From assembly GCF_024223415.1 (NCBI RefSeq), contig NZ_CP100500.1: a DNA stretch of 64,000 nucleotides; one strand, 5' to 3'. Made by a program: the position numbers and the translations under genes. The notes beneath the pieces were generated by a model. That model was not told the origin of the DNA. It did no database searches and worked only from the letters and a program-made list of their open reading frames with translations. Below, in pieces: positions 1 through 8,228 of this stretch (position 1 is its first letter; each line of letters starts with the position of its first letter). Source of the DNA: Escherichia coli (GTDB lineage: Bacteria > Pseudomonadota > Gammaproteobacteria > Enterobacterales > Enterobacteriaceae).

Positions 1-1
1 T

Positions 2-604
2 CCGCTGGTCGGTCGTACTGCGCTGTATGCGGAAATCGAACCCACCGACCGCATGAAAAATCTGGTCTCCCGGGGTAAGAAAATTTACTCCAGTATTGAG
101 CTGGCACGAAATTTCACCCCTACGGGCACCCCGTATCTTATTGGCCTTGCCATGACAGACACCCCGGCAAGCATCGGCACGGAGCGTCTTCAGTTCGCCC
201 TGCAGCAGCGCCGTTCGGTCATGACCTTCAATAATCAGCAGACGGAAGCACCGATGTTCTCTGACGCCATTGAGGCTGAAGTGATCGAACTGACGGAGCG
301 CCGCAGCGAGGAAGGTGCGCAGTGGCTTAACCGCGTGATGAACATGATTGGGCGAGGACGCAGGGCTGACGACACCCGGTTCTCCCGCATTCATGACGCC
401 GTTGAGGGGATAGCCTCATCGCATGCCGACCTTCTCGACCGCTTCAGTGCACTGGAATCGCGCCATCAGGCAGACAGACAGAAAATCGCCACCCTGTCCA
501 CTGAGCTGGCAGAGCTGAAAAACAGACTGCGCGGACTGGACGCTGATCAGGAAAGTCGTTTTACGGCAACCGGCGGGCAGTCCAGACAACTGGCTGACTA
601 CTGA
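2..604 (+). CDS. O: capsid scaffolding protein, P2 gpO family (5' end outside window)
   Basis: Frame is open from base 2. PLVGRTALYAEIEPTD...YLIGLAMTDTPASIGTERLQF resembles the remembered P2 gpO core. It sits directly before the gpN/gpM homologues. Confidence 0.8.
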   Translation, partial: PLVGRTALYAEIEPTDRMKNLVSRGKKIYSSIELARNFTPTGTPYLIGLAMTDTPASIGTERLQFALQQRRSVMTFNNQQTEAPMFSDAIEAEVIELTERRSEEGAQWLNRVMNMIGRGRRADDTRFSRIHDAVEGIASSHADLLDRFSALESRHQADRQKIATLSTELAELKNRLRGLDADQESRFTATGGQSRQLADY

Positions 605-632
605 CAGAAATAACCACAAGAGGTGATAACCG

Positions 633-1772
633 ATGAATCTGATCATGAGCGATGCCGCGCGGGCCGAGCTTTTTGCTTACCAGGCACAACAGGCGGAGAT
701 GAATAACATCACAATATCTGCGCTCTCCTCCCGCTTTTCGGTACAGCCGGCAGTGCAGCAGAGATTTGAAAACGCATCAAAGGAAAGCCATGATTTTCTT
801 CAGAAAGCCAACAGCATTGGTGTGACAGAGCAGAAAGGTGAAAAGGTACTCCTGGACACCACCGGGCCGGTTGCGCGCACGAACAGCAGTTATGACGGTA
901 CAAATCGTCGTAACCCGCTGAATGTGGTGGACATGAAAGCGCGACGCTATGAGTGCGAGCAGGTGAACTACGACACCTTCATCTCCTACCCTCAGCTTGA
1001 CATGTGGGCCGGACACCCTGACTTCCAGCTGCGTGTGAGTCGCCAGATTGCCAGACAGGTGGCACTTGATCGCATCATGACAGGTTTTAACGGTACGCAC
1101 CATGCGGAAGTCTCGGATATAAAAAAACACCCGCGACTTGAGGACGTCAATAAGGGGTGGCTGCAGGATATCAGGGACCAGGCCCCGCAACGCGTCATGA
1201 AAGACGTGATGCTGACTGCGCGCAATATGGACAATTCGGTGGCATACACAGGCAGATACGCCAATCCCGATGCACTGGTCCAGGATGCACGCTCATCCCT
1301 GCTTGACGAATGGCACAAGGACGCAGACGACCTCGTTGTCATCATGGGGCGAAACCTCTTTAACTCCCTGCGCCTGCCGGTCCTGAACAGTATCAGCATG
1401 CAGAATGCGAATGCCGAACTGCTTGCCGGACAGCTCATTGTGTCAACGCGGACCATTGGCGGCCTTGATGTGTACCTTGCGCCATTTTTCCCGGCTCAGT
1501 CAATGCTCATCACCTCATTCAGCAACCTGTCGGTTTACTGGCAGAAGGGGTCCATGCGTCGTCTCATGAAGGATGAGCCCGAATACAACCGTATCGCCAT
1601 CTATCAGTCCGTTAACGACTGCTATGTGGTTGAGGACCATGGTAAGTGCGCACTGATTGAGAATATCAGCTTTGCCACATATGACCATGACGCGCCGGAC
1701 TGGTACCGGGAGGACATAAAAGCACTGTCAGCGCAGGCTGAAGACAAGGATGCAGGGGAAGAGGAGGATTAA
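633..1772 (+). CDS. N: major capsid protein, P2 gpN family
   Basis: 379 aa with an AGAGGTG SD upstream. Colinear with remembered P2 gpN (YECEQVNYD...DMWAGHPDFQLRV, GFNGTHHAEVSD, GWLQDIRDQAPQRVM). Confidence 0.9.
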   Translation: MNLIMSDAARAELFAYQAQQAEMNNITISALSSRFSVQPAVQQRFENASKESHDFLQKANSIGVTEQKGEKVLLDTTGPVARTNSSYDGTNRRNPLNVVDMKARRYECEQVNYDTFISYPQLDMWAGHPDFQLRVSRQIARQVALDRIMTGFNGTHHAEVSDIKKHPRLEDVNKGWLQDIRDQAPQRVMKDVMLTARNMDNSVAYTGRYANPDALVQDARSSLLDEWHKDADDLVVIMGRNLFNSLRLPVLNSISMQNANAELLAGQLIVSTRTIGGLDVYLAPFFPAQSMLITSFSNLSVYWQKGSMRRLMKDEPEYNRIAIYQSVNDCYVVEDHGKCALIENISFATYDHDAPDWYREDIKALSAQAEDKDAGEEED

Positions 1773-1774
1773 CC

Positions 1775-2551
1775 ATGCTGACACCGGCACAGGCTCATTT
1801 CCAGCACGTGATGGCTTTACGGGCAGGAACGGCAGCAGAAAACGAGGATATCGTGGCCCGCACGGCTCATGAGCAGGTCCTTCACCGTCTGCGCCTGGCA
1901 CAGCAACGCATAAAGGGCGTCCAGGCAAAAGCGGCAAAGGCCGCGCTCAAGCGTGAAATGCTGCCGGGTTTTGCAGGCTGGATAGACGGCACGCTGGAAG
2001 CCGACGGCGGACAGCAGGATGAGGTGATAGCCACACTCATGGTGTGGGCCGTGGACTGTGGCGACCTGGCGCTTGCACTGCGCATCGGGGATTATGTGGT
2101 TCGCCACAACCTCACGATGCCTGACAACTTCGGGCGTACGGCAGCCACGGTACTGACCGAGGAAATCTGCAACCCTGTTCTGACACAGGCCGGAACGGAT
2201 GCACACGCCGATTTGTCCGGCTACATCGAACCGCTGGACACCCTCTGGCAAATTGTCGCGAACCGGGACATGCCCGATGAGGTCCGCGCCAAGCTGTGCA
2301 AGGCATGCGCCTTTGCCCGTCGTGGCCTGACCGATGCCGACAGCATGGCGGTGAGTCTGAAGCTGTTCCGTGAGGCAATGCACCTTAACCCGAATGCGGG
2401 GGTAAAACGTGAGATTGCCACGCTTTCACGGGCCCTGAAAAAGGCCGGACAGGATGAAGCCGCTGCCGCACAGGAGCCTGCGGCACAGAAAGATACAACC
2501 AGAGAACAGACCACGACGCCGAAGGCGAAAGCGAAGGCGAAACGTGGTTAA
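1775..2551 (+). CDS. M: terminase small (endonuclease) subunit, P2 gpM family
   Basis: 258 aa. Matches the P2 gpM pattern (MLTPAQAHF..., DMPDEVRAKL, GVKREI) with a basic K/A-rich tail. Position after gpN fits. Confidence 0.85.
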   Translation: MLTPAQAHFQHVMALRAGTAAENEDIVARTAHEQVLHRLRLAQQRIKGVQAKAAKAALKREMLPGFAGWIDGTLEADGGQQDEVIATLMVWAVDCGDLALALRIGDYVVRHNLTMPDNFGRTAATVLTEEICNPVLTQAGTDAHADLSGYIEPLDTLWQIVANRDMPDEVRAKLCKACAFARRGLTDADSMAVSLKLFREAMHLNPNAGVKREIATLSRALKKAGQDEAAAAQEPAAQKDTTREQTTTPKAKAKAKRG

Positions 2552-2569
2552 CGGCTGACCCCGTCAGAA

Positions 2570-2639
2570 GGCGGCGTGCCGGGCGTTCCGGTTACGGTTT
2601 TCCGTTCCCCTTACACCCGGCACCCACCGCCTTTTTTTT
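2570..2639 (+). terminator. long GC-rich hairpin plus T8 run between gpM and gpL
   Basis: GGCGGCGTGCCGGG (2570-2583) pairs with CCCGGCAC-CCACCGCC (2616-2631) and is followed by TTTTTTTT (2632-2639). Confidence 0.5.
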
Positions 2640-2654
2640 CTGAAGGAGCGATTT

Positions 2655-3149
2655 ATGAGCATGGTCGCAAGACCGGAAGCCGCCCCTGCACGGGACGATA
2701 TCCCCGACACCGACGACGGCGACGCCACCATCACCGCCGGGGCATTCTGGCCGGAGATTGTGCTGCGGGAGCTGCGCCTTGCAGTACGCCTGCCGGGCCG
2801 CATCACCTCCACACGTCTGGCGCACGTTGCCACGGGAGCCGTGGCTCACGTCACGCGGGAGCTGGAAGAGTGGCAGAAGACGCAGTCTGCCGCAGGGTTC
2901 AGCATCCTCGCAGAAGTGCCTGCCGCCACCATCAACGGTGAGAGCGTCAACGTATGGCATTACCGCAACGCCGTCTACAGCGCCACCCGCGCCCTGATTC
3001 TGGAACGCTGGCGGGATGTGGACACCACTGATAAAGGGAACCGCCGGGCTGACGCACTGGATGAGCAGATGGAAGACTTATGGCGCGATGTGCGCTGGTC
3101 CGTGGCAGATATTCTGGGTCGCCCCCGTCTTTTTGCGGAGCTGGTGTGA
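2655..3149 (+). CDS. L: head completion/stabilisation protein, P2 gpL family
   Basis: 164 aa with a GAAGGAG SD at 2641-2647. Size and position between gpM and gpX match P2 order. Confidence 0.75.
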   Translation: MSMVARPEAAPARDDIPDTDDGDATITAGAFWPEIVLRELRLAVRLPGRITSTRLAHVATGAVAHVTRELEEWQKTQSAAGFSILAEVPAATINGESVNVWHYRNAVYSATRALILERWRDVDTTDKGNRRADALDEQMEDLWRDVRWSVADILGRPRLFAELV

Positions 3150-3346
3150 TGAAAGTGAGGGCACTCCAGGGGGATACCGTCGATTTACTCTGTTTCCGGC
3201 ACTACGGCACCACGCAGGGGGTGACCGCACAGGTACTTGATGCCAATCCCGGGCTCTGCCGCCAGGTAATTCTGGAAGCGGGACAGGAGGTGGAGATGCC
3301 GGAGCCGGAAAAGAAACAGCAACGCGAAAAGGTAAAGCTATGGTGA
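3149..3346 (+). CDS. X: tail protein X, P2 gpX family
   Basis: MKVRALQGDTVDLLCFRHYGTTQGVTAQVLDANPGL resembles P2 gpX (MKTFALQGDTLDAICVRYYGRTEGVVETVLAANPGL). The ATG overlaps the gpL stop; the longer ORF-track start is rejected. Confidence 0.8.
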   Translation: MKVRALQGDTVDLLCFRHYGTTQGVTAQVLDANPGLCRQVILEAGQEVEMPEPEKKQQREKVKLW

Positions 3347-3630
3347 CGGGATTTTTTCAGCGCGTCAGTGACTGGATCACCTTCTGGGCGTCAGTGACGG
3401 CAACAACCATTGGTGTTATGACCATCAGCGAAAAAATTGCGCTGGCCGGGCTGCTTCTGGGGTCACTTTCCGCCATCCATGCCTGGTGCCACCGCAGGCG
3501 TACGGAGCAGGCAATGAAGCGCCGCAATGACCTTATCGCCCGCATCCTGGCACGTTCAGAAAACCGCGAGCTTCACGACGGTGAGAGACGGGCACTGGAC
3601 AGCGTGAGACAGGACGGAGAAGAGCGGTGA
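3340..3630 (+). CDS. holin (P2 gpY position)
   Basis: 96 aa with two hydrophobic segments (ITFWASVTATTIGVMTI, IALAGLLLGSLSAIHAW) and a charged C-terminus. Lies immediately upstream of, and overlapping, the endolysin. Confidence 0.6.
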   Translation: MVTGFFQRVSDWITFWASVTATTIGVMTISEKIALAGLLLGSLSAIHAWCHRRRTEQAMKRRNDLIARILARSENRELHDGERRALDSVRQDGEER

Positions 3631-4172
3631 AACTGCCGGTAAAACGTTATGCGGTGGCGGCCATTGTGGCGCTGGGCGTCTCCATGGCACCCGGTGAACT
3701 GAGAACCTCACGGGAAGCACAGATAAAAATCGCCACCCGGGAAGAGTGCCGGGCGACACCGTACCGTGATATTGCAGGAGTAATGACCGTGGGATGTGGT
3801 TCAACAGGGGGCGTGGAGAACCGGGTTTACGGAGAAAAGGAGGTGGCCCGCCGCTGGGTGAATGACCTGCGGCACGCGGAAAACTGTATCAACCAGAACT
3901 TCAGCGGTGCCGCCATGCCCCAGTCCGCCTTTGAGGCGATGACCGACGCGGCGTTCAACGTCGGCTGTACCGGCCTGATGTGGTACCGGGACAGGAGCGG
4001 CAACCGGCAGCGCACCACCATCTGGAAGCACGCACAGGCGCACCGCTGGGTGGCGATGTGCGGGAGACTGACCGATTTTGTCAACAGTGGCGGACGCCGC
4101 TCACAGGGGCTGGTTAACCGCCGGGAGGAGTTCAGACAGTGGTGTCTTCGCGACACGGGAGGCAGCACATGA
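3627..4172 (+). CDS. endolysin, GH24 (T4/P21-type) lysozyme with N-terminal signal-anchor-release-like segment
   Basis: GTG start overlaps the holin stop. The E-8x-D-5x-T catalytic spacing is visible in REECRATPYRDIAGVMT. The N-terminal weakly hydrophobic YAVAAIVALGVSMAPG is like SAR endolysins. Confidence 0.8.
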   Translation: MKLPVKRYAVAAIVALGVSMAPGELRTSREAQIKIATREECRATPYRDIAGVMTVGCGSTGGVENRVYGEKEVARRWVNDLRHAENCINQNFSGAAMPQSAFEAMTDAAFNVGCTGLMWYRDRSGNRQRTTIWKHAQAHRWVAMCGRLTDFVNSGGRRSQGLVNRREEFRQWCLRDTGGST

Positions 4173-4576
4173 GACCGGTTTACGCCGTGATTGTTGCCCT
4201 CATGGTGACCACCCTGACGGCGGCGGCCATGTGGCAGTCATACCGGCTGGGGCGTGCCGGTGAGGCACGTGACGCCGCAGAGCAGCAGCTGGGCGAATAC
4301 AGCCGGGCGCTGCGTGAGTCCTCCGCCGTTATCAGCGATGCCTCCGCCGTACTGCATGAGGTGATGACGCAGCGACAGAAAAGGGCACAGGAAGGAGAAG
4401 TCAGACGTGAACAGCTTCGCGAAATTGCTGCGACGGATGAGTGCGCCGGCACTCTTCCTGACCACCGTTTTACTGACCGGCTGCGCGAACACACGGAACG
4501 CGCCACTGCCCGCGCCCTCCTTCCGGTTCATTCCGGCGGGACTGACGACGGGAACACGGCCCCCGCCCTTCCCTGA
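4169..4576 (+). CDS. i-spanin (P2 LysB / Rz-like)
   Basis: GGGAGG SD; the ATG overlaps the endolysin stop. One N-terminal TM (VYAVIVALMVTTLTAAAMW) followed by a charged coiled-coil-like region. Confidence 0.65.
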   Translation: MRPVYAVIVALMVTTLTAAAMWQSYRLGRAGEARDAAEQQLGEYSRALRESSAVISDASAVLHEVMTQRQKRAQEGEVRREQLREIAATDECAGTLPDHRFTDRLREHTERATARALLPVHSGGTDDGNTAPALP

Positions 4577-4721
4577 ACACCCCACCTGGGGAAATATCGG
4601 GATATGGAGCGACAGCCTCCTGGATGCACTGGAAACCTGCAACGCAGACAAACGGGCCATTGAGGCGATGGAGCGCCGGAGACTCAACCGACAGAACGGA
4701 GAGGCGCATGCTGAAAAGTAA
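4407..4721 (+). CDS. o-spanin lipoprotein (P2 LysC / Rz1-like), overlapping the i-spanin in the +1 frame
   Basis: Signal peptide ends in the lipobox LLTGC and the mature part is proline-rich. It begins inside the i-spanin and extends past it, as in P2 lysB/lysC. An alternative start is at 4437. Confidence 0.65.
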   Translation: MNSFAKLLRRMSAPALFLTTVLLTGCANTRNAPLPAPSFRFIPAGLTTGTRPPPFPEHPTWGNIGIWSDSLLDALETCNADKRAIEAMERRRLNRQNGEAHAEK

Positions 4722-5172
4722 ATCCCTGAGCACACACATGAGTACAGCGTGCCGGTGGTGCAGGGCCAACCCGGAAAAGTTCACCGTGTTCATTGAACGT
4801 GGCGGGATAGAGACCACCGGCGAGACGCCGACGTTCGTGTACAACTACCGGCTGGTGATGTTCGTGATGGACTACACGGGCGATCTGGACAACCTGACGC
4901 TTCCACTGATTGTCTGGCTGGCAGAGAACCAGCCGCAGTTGCTGCTTAATCCTGAGCGCAACAACGATATTCAGTTCACGGCGGCCATTAACGACGACGA
5001 CAGCGCGGACGTGCTGTTTGAGCTGCCGTTACGTGAACGCGTGCGCGTCACCCGCAGGGATGACGGCACCCTCATGACAGAACATCTACCGGAGCCGAAA
5101 TCACGCATCCCGCAGGACGGCGACTGGTCACACATTCTGGAGGATGTGACGTGGAACATTGTCACCGGATAA
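4708..5172 (+). CDS. R: tail completion protein, P2 gpR family
   Basis: MLKSKSL... with a GGAGAGG SD. Colinear with remembered P2 gpR (MLKPDSL..., ...WLRENQP...). 154 aa against 155 aa. Confidence 0.8.
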   Translation: MLKSKSLSTHMSTACRWCRANPEKFTVFIERGGIETTGETPTFVYNYRLVMFVMDYTGDLDNLTLPLIVWLAENQPQLLLNPERNNDIQFTAAINDDDSADVLFELPLRERVRVTRRDDGTLMTEHLPEPKSRIPQDGDWSHILEDVTWNIVTG

Positions 5173-5187
5173 CACGCGGAGAATGTT

Positions 5188-5844
5188 ATGGGGAAACTGA
5201 GATACCGTAACCTCGTTCCCGCTGAAGGAATGAGTAACATGTTTGTCAATATCCGGCTGGCAACCAGCCCGCAGGCAGTGAAGCGCATTGCCGCGCATGT
5301 GGGTAAGGAGCTGCGGCGCGTGAACCAGAGCCGGATGCGCGCCCAGAAAGCGCCGGACGGTTCGGTGTGGACACGCCGTAAACGCCGTATATCACGCCTT
5401 CAGGAGCGCATCAGCTTTATCTGGCAAAACCAGAACCGCACCCTGAAAAACTGGCATCACGGTTCAGGAAAATACGGCCAGACCATCACCGGCTGGGATG
5501 AAGACCGGAGCGGCATACGTACCTTTTACCGGAGTGATATCCTCCGTTTCCTTGAAATCAGGACACGCCGCATCAACCGTGACACCACAAAAACGGTGCC
5601 GATGTTTGCGAAGCTGCGCACGGCCCGTTATCTGAAAGTGAAGGCGGACGCATCAGGTGTGACGGTGGGCTACAGCGGCGTGGCGGCACGCATTGCCCGC
5701 GTTCACCAGTTCGGGGAGCGCGACCGGGTGGCCGCAGGGATGTATACGGATTATCCGGCCCGTGAACTTCTTGGAATAACACCGGCAGATGAACGACTTA
5801 TTCAGCGTATCATTATGGACAATATCGCGAGGGCTGTGGCATGA
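5188..5844 (+). CDS. S: tail completion protein, P2 gpS family (about 65 aa longer than P2 gpS)
   Basis: Motifs MRAQKAPDGS, MFAKLRTARYLK and IARVHQFG match the gpS pattern. An extra internal segment is present relative to P2. Confidence 0.75.
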   Translation: MGKLRYRNLVPAEGMSNMFVNIRLATSPQAVKRIAAHVGKELRRVNQSRMRAQKAPDGSVWTRRKRRISRLQERISFIWQNQNRTLKNWHHGSGKYGQTITGWDEDRSGIRTFYRSDILRFLEIRTRRINRDTTKTVPMFAKLRTARYLKVKADASGVTVGYSGVAARIARVHQFGERDRVAAGMYTDYPARELLGITPADERLIQRIIMDNIARAVA

Positions 5845-6422
5845 ACGCGGAATTAATGCGCCTTATCAGCAACATCATCAGAACCGGCGTGATTTTCGAC
5901 GTGAACCCGCAGACCTGGGAGGTCCGGGTGCGCAGTGGCGGACTGGAGACAGGCTGGCTTCGCTGGAGCACCGCGCGGGCGGGCGCGTTCAGTGTCTGGG
6001 TGCCGCCAGCCACCGGTGAACAGGTGGCGTTCGTCTGTATCGGTGGTAATCCCGAAACCGCGATAATCATCGGCAGCCTCTGGAGCGATGATATCCCGGC
6101 ACCGGGCAGCACACTGAAGGAAATCATCATGACAGCACCGGACGGTGCGGTATTCCGCTACGATGCAGACGCCGGTGCACTGGAGGTTAAGGGGATTAAA
6201 ACAGCCAGCATTCAGGCCGACACGCGCATCACCCTGGACACGTCGGAGGTGGTGTGTACCCGCAAACTTATCACCGCCACCCTGGAGGTGCAGAACGGCG
6301 GCGAGATGCGCGGCAGCATATCCCACAGCGGCGGCAGCCTGACATCCAACGGTATCACCGTTCATACGCACACCCACGGTGGCGTCAGGACGGGCCCGGG
6401 CACCACGGGAGGCCCGCAATGA
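5841..6422 (+). CDS. V: baseplate spike/assembly protein, P2 gpV family
   Basis: N-terminus LISNIIRTGVI...VRVRSGGLETGWLRW...GEQV resembles P2 gpV. The ATG overlaps the gpS stop. Confidence 0.85.
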   Translation: MNAELMRLISNIIRTGVIFDVNPQTWEVRVRSGGLETGWLRWSTARAGAFSVWVPPATGEQVAFVCIGGNPETAIIIGSLWSDDIPAPGSTLKEIIMTAPDGAVFRYDADAGALEVKGIKTASIQADTRITLDTSEVVCTRKLITATLEVQNGGEMRGSISHSGGSLTSNGITVHTHTHGGVRTGPGTTGGPQ

Positions 6423-6769
6423 CCGCTGTTTACAGGGGGATGAACCCGCAGGGAACCGGCACGCTGAGCGACAGCGAACACCTGAAAAACAGCGTGCGGG
6501 ATATCCTGACCACACCGCCAGGCAGCCGGGTGATGCGCCGCGAATACGGCAGCCTGTTACCGGACCTCATCGACGAGCCCATGAACGACACCACGCGTTT
6601 ACAGTGCATGAGCGCCACGGTGACTGCGCTGGCGCGCCATGAACCCCGTATAGCACTGCAGAACGTCGATGTGAACTGGCGGGCTGGCGGACGCGCCGTG
6701 GTGACGTTATCCGGCATCATCACCGAAACCATGCAGAACATCACATTCAGTATCACCCTGAGGGAGTAA
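6419..6769 (+). CDS. W: baseplate protein, P2 gpW (gp25-like) family
   Basis: 116 aa. SVRDILTTPPGSRVMRREYGSLLPDLIDEP is the typical gpW/GPW_gp25 motif. The ATG overlaps the gpV stop; the longer ORF-track start is rejected. Confidence 0.85.
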   Translation: MTAVYRGMNPQGTGTLSDSEHLKNSVRDILTTPPGSRVMRREYGSLLPDLIDEPMNDTTRLQCMSATVTALARHEPRIALQNVDVNWRAGGRAVVTLSGIITETMQNITFSITLRE

Positions 6770-6772
6770 ATC

Positions 6773-7669
6773 ATGCCTTCCGTTGACCTGTCACAGTTAC
6801 CGGAACCGGCCATCATCGCGCAGCCGGATTTTGAGTCCATCCTGGCAGACATTAAAACCATGATGGTGAGCTCCTTCCCGGAAGAATACCGCGCCGCCGT
6901 CACCCGTGCCCTTACTCTGGAATCCGAGCCATTGAACATCATTTCCCAGGCCATGGCCTTTCGTGAAATGCTGCTTCGCCAGCGCATCAATGAAGCCGCC
7001 CGCGCCTGCATGCTCAGCCACAGCCGGGGCAGTGACCTGGACAATCTGGCCGCCAACAACAACACCCGCCGCCTGGTCATTCATCCGGCCACTGATACCA
7101 CGGAAGCAGTGATGGAAAGCGACACATCGCTGCGTCTGCGTGCCCAGTCAGCCTGGGACGGCCTGAGTGTGGCCGGACCGTCCGGCGCGTATGAGTATTT
7201 TGCCCGGAGCGCAAGCGGTCTTGTCCGTGATGCGCGCGCCATCAGCCCGTCACCGGCCACAGTCACCGTCTCCATCCTGTCAGCAGACGGTGACGGCACC
7301 GCCGGTGAGGCGTTACTGAACACGGTGCGCACCGCCCTGAATGCCGAGAACGTGCGCCCGGTTGCCGACCGCCTGACTGTGCAGAGTGCTACCATCGTGA
7401 ACTGGGTAATGGAAGCGAAGCTGTATTTTTATCCAGGGCCGGAGTCTGAACCCATGCTTGCGGCCGCTGACGCCGCTTTCCGTGCATGGCTGGCAGACCA
7501 GGGCCGTATCGGTCAGGACGTGGCCCTGTCAGCCATCACTGCAGCGCTGCATGTTCACGGTGTCCAGCGCGTTGAGGTCATAAAACCCACGCAGAACATC
7601 ACCATCAGTGACACTCAGGCAGCCAGATGTACCACATTCAGCATCAGCGAAGGAGGACGCAATGAGTGA
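6773..7669 (+). CDS. J: baseplate wedge protein, P2 gpJ family
   Basis: 298 aa with a GAGGGAG SD. Size and position match P2 gpJ. Confidence 0.85.
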   Translation: MPSVDLSQLPEPAIIAQPDFESILADIKTMMVSSFPEEYRAAVTRALTLESEPLNIISQAMAFREMLLRQRINEAARACMLSHSRGSDLDNLAANNNTRRLVIHPATDTTEAVMESDTSLRLRAQSAWDGLSVAGPSGAYEYFARSASGLVRDARAISPSPATVTVSILSADGDGTAGEALLNTVRTALNAENVRPVADRLTVQSATIVNWVMEAKLYFYPGPESEPMLAAADAAFRAWLADQGRIGQDVALSAITAALHVHGVQRVEVIKPTQNITISDTQAARCTTFSISEGGRNE

Positions 7670-8225
7670 CAGGAAAAAAACAGACAGCGCACAGCACAGT
7701 ACATCACTGCTTCCACCGTCCGCAGGGCCATTCATGCGCGCCACAGAGGCGACAGGAGTACGCATCAGTACCATACCGGTGGACGCCGACACCCTGTGGT
7801 CGCCGGACCGCTGCCCTGCTCACCTCCTGCCCTACCTTGCATGGGCATGTTCCGTTGACAGCTGGGACCGCAACTGGCCGGAAGAGACCAGGCGACAGGT
7901 GATTCGGGACGCATGGATGATACATCGCCACAAAGGGACCATCAGTGCACTCCGCCGCATCGTTGAACCACTGGGCTACCTCATCCGTGTATCAGAATGG
8001 TGGGAGTTTGACGGCTCGCCCGGGACCTTCACCATTGAGATTGGCACACTTGAAACCGGAGTAAGTGAAGAGCTGCATGAAGAAATGGAGCGTCTGATTG
8101 CCGATGCGCGCCCCGTCAGCCGCCACCTCGTGGGGCTTAGTATCATCCAGGAAATACACGGTGCCATTTACGCCGCTGCCGCAGGTTACGACGGCGACAT
8201 CATCACCATTTACCCGGAAGACTGA
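7662..8225 (+). CDS. I: baseplate/tail fibre-attachment protein, P2 gpI family
   Basis: GAAGGAGGA SD before the ATG at 7662. Contains a LLPYLAWACSVDSWD motif typical of gpI. Overlaps the gpJ end. Confidence 0.8.
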   Translation: MSDRKKTDSAQHSTSLLPPSAGPFMRATEATGVRISTIPVDADTLWSPDRCPAHLLPYLAWACSVDSWDRNWPEETRRQVIRDAWMIHRHKGTISALRRIVEPLGYLIRVSEWWEFDGSPGTFTIEIGTLETGVSEELHEEMERLIADARPVSRHLVGLSIIQEIHGAIYAAAAGYDGDIITIYPED

Positions 8226-8228
8226 ACC

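Noticed and set aside
5853-7395. Minus-strand ORFs of 220 aa (5853-6515), 216 aa (6430-7080) and 104 aa (7081-7395)
   Set aside because: They are antisense to the gpV/gpW/gpJ homologues, which have good SDs, translational coupling and family motifs. The antisense ORFs have none of these.
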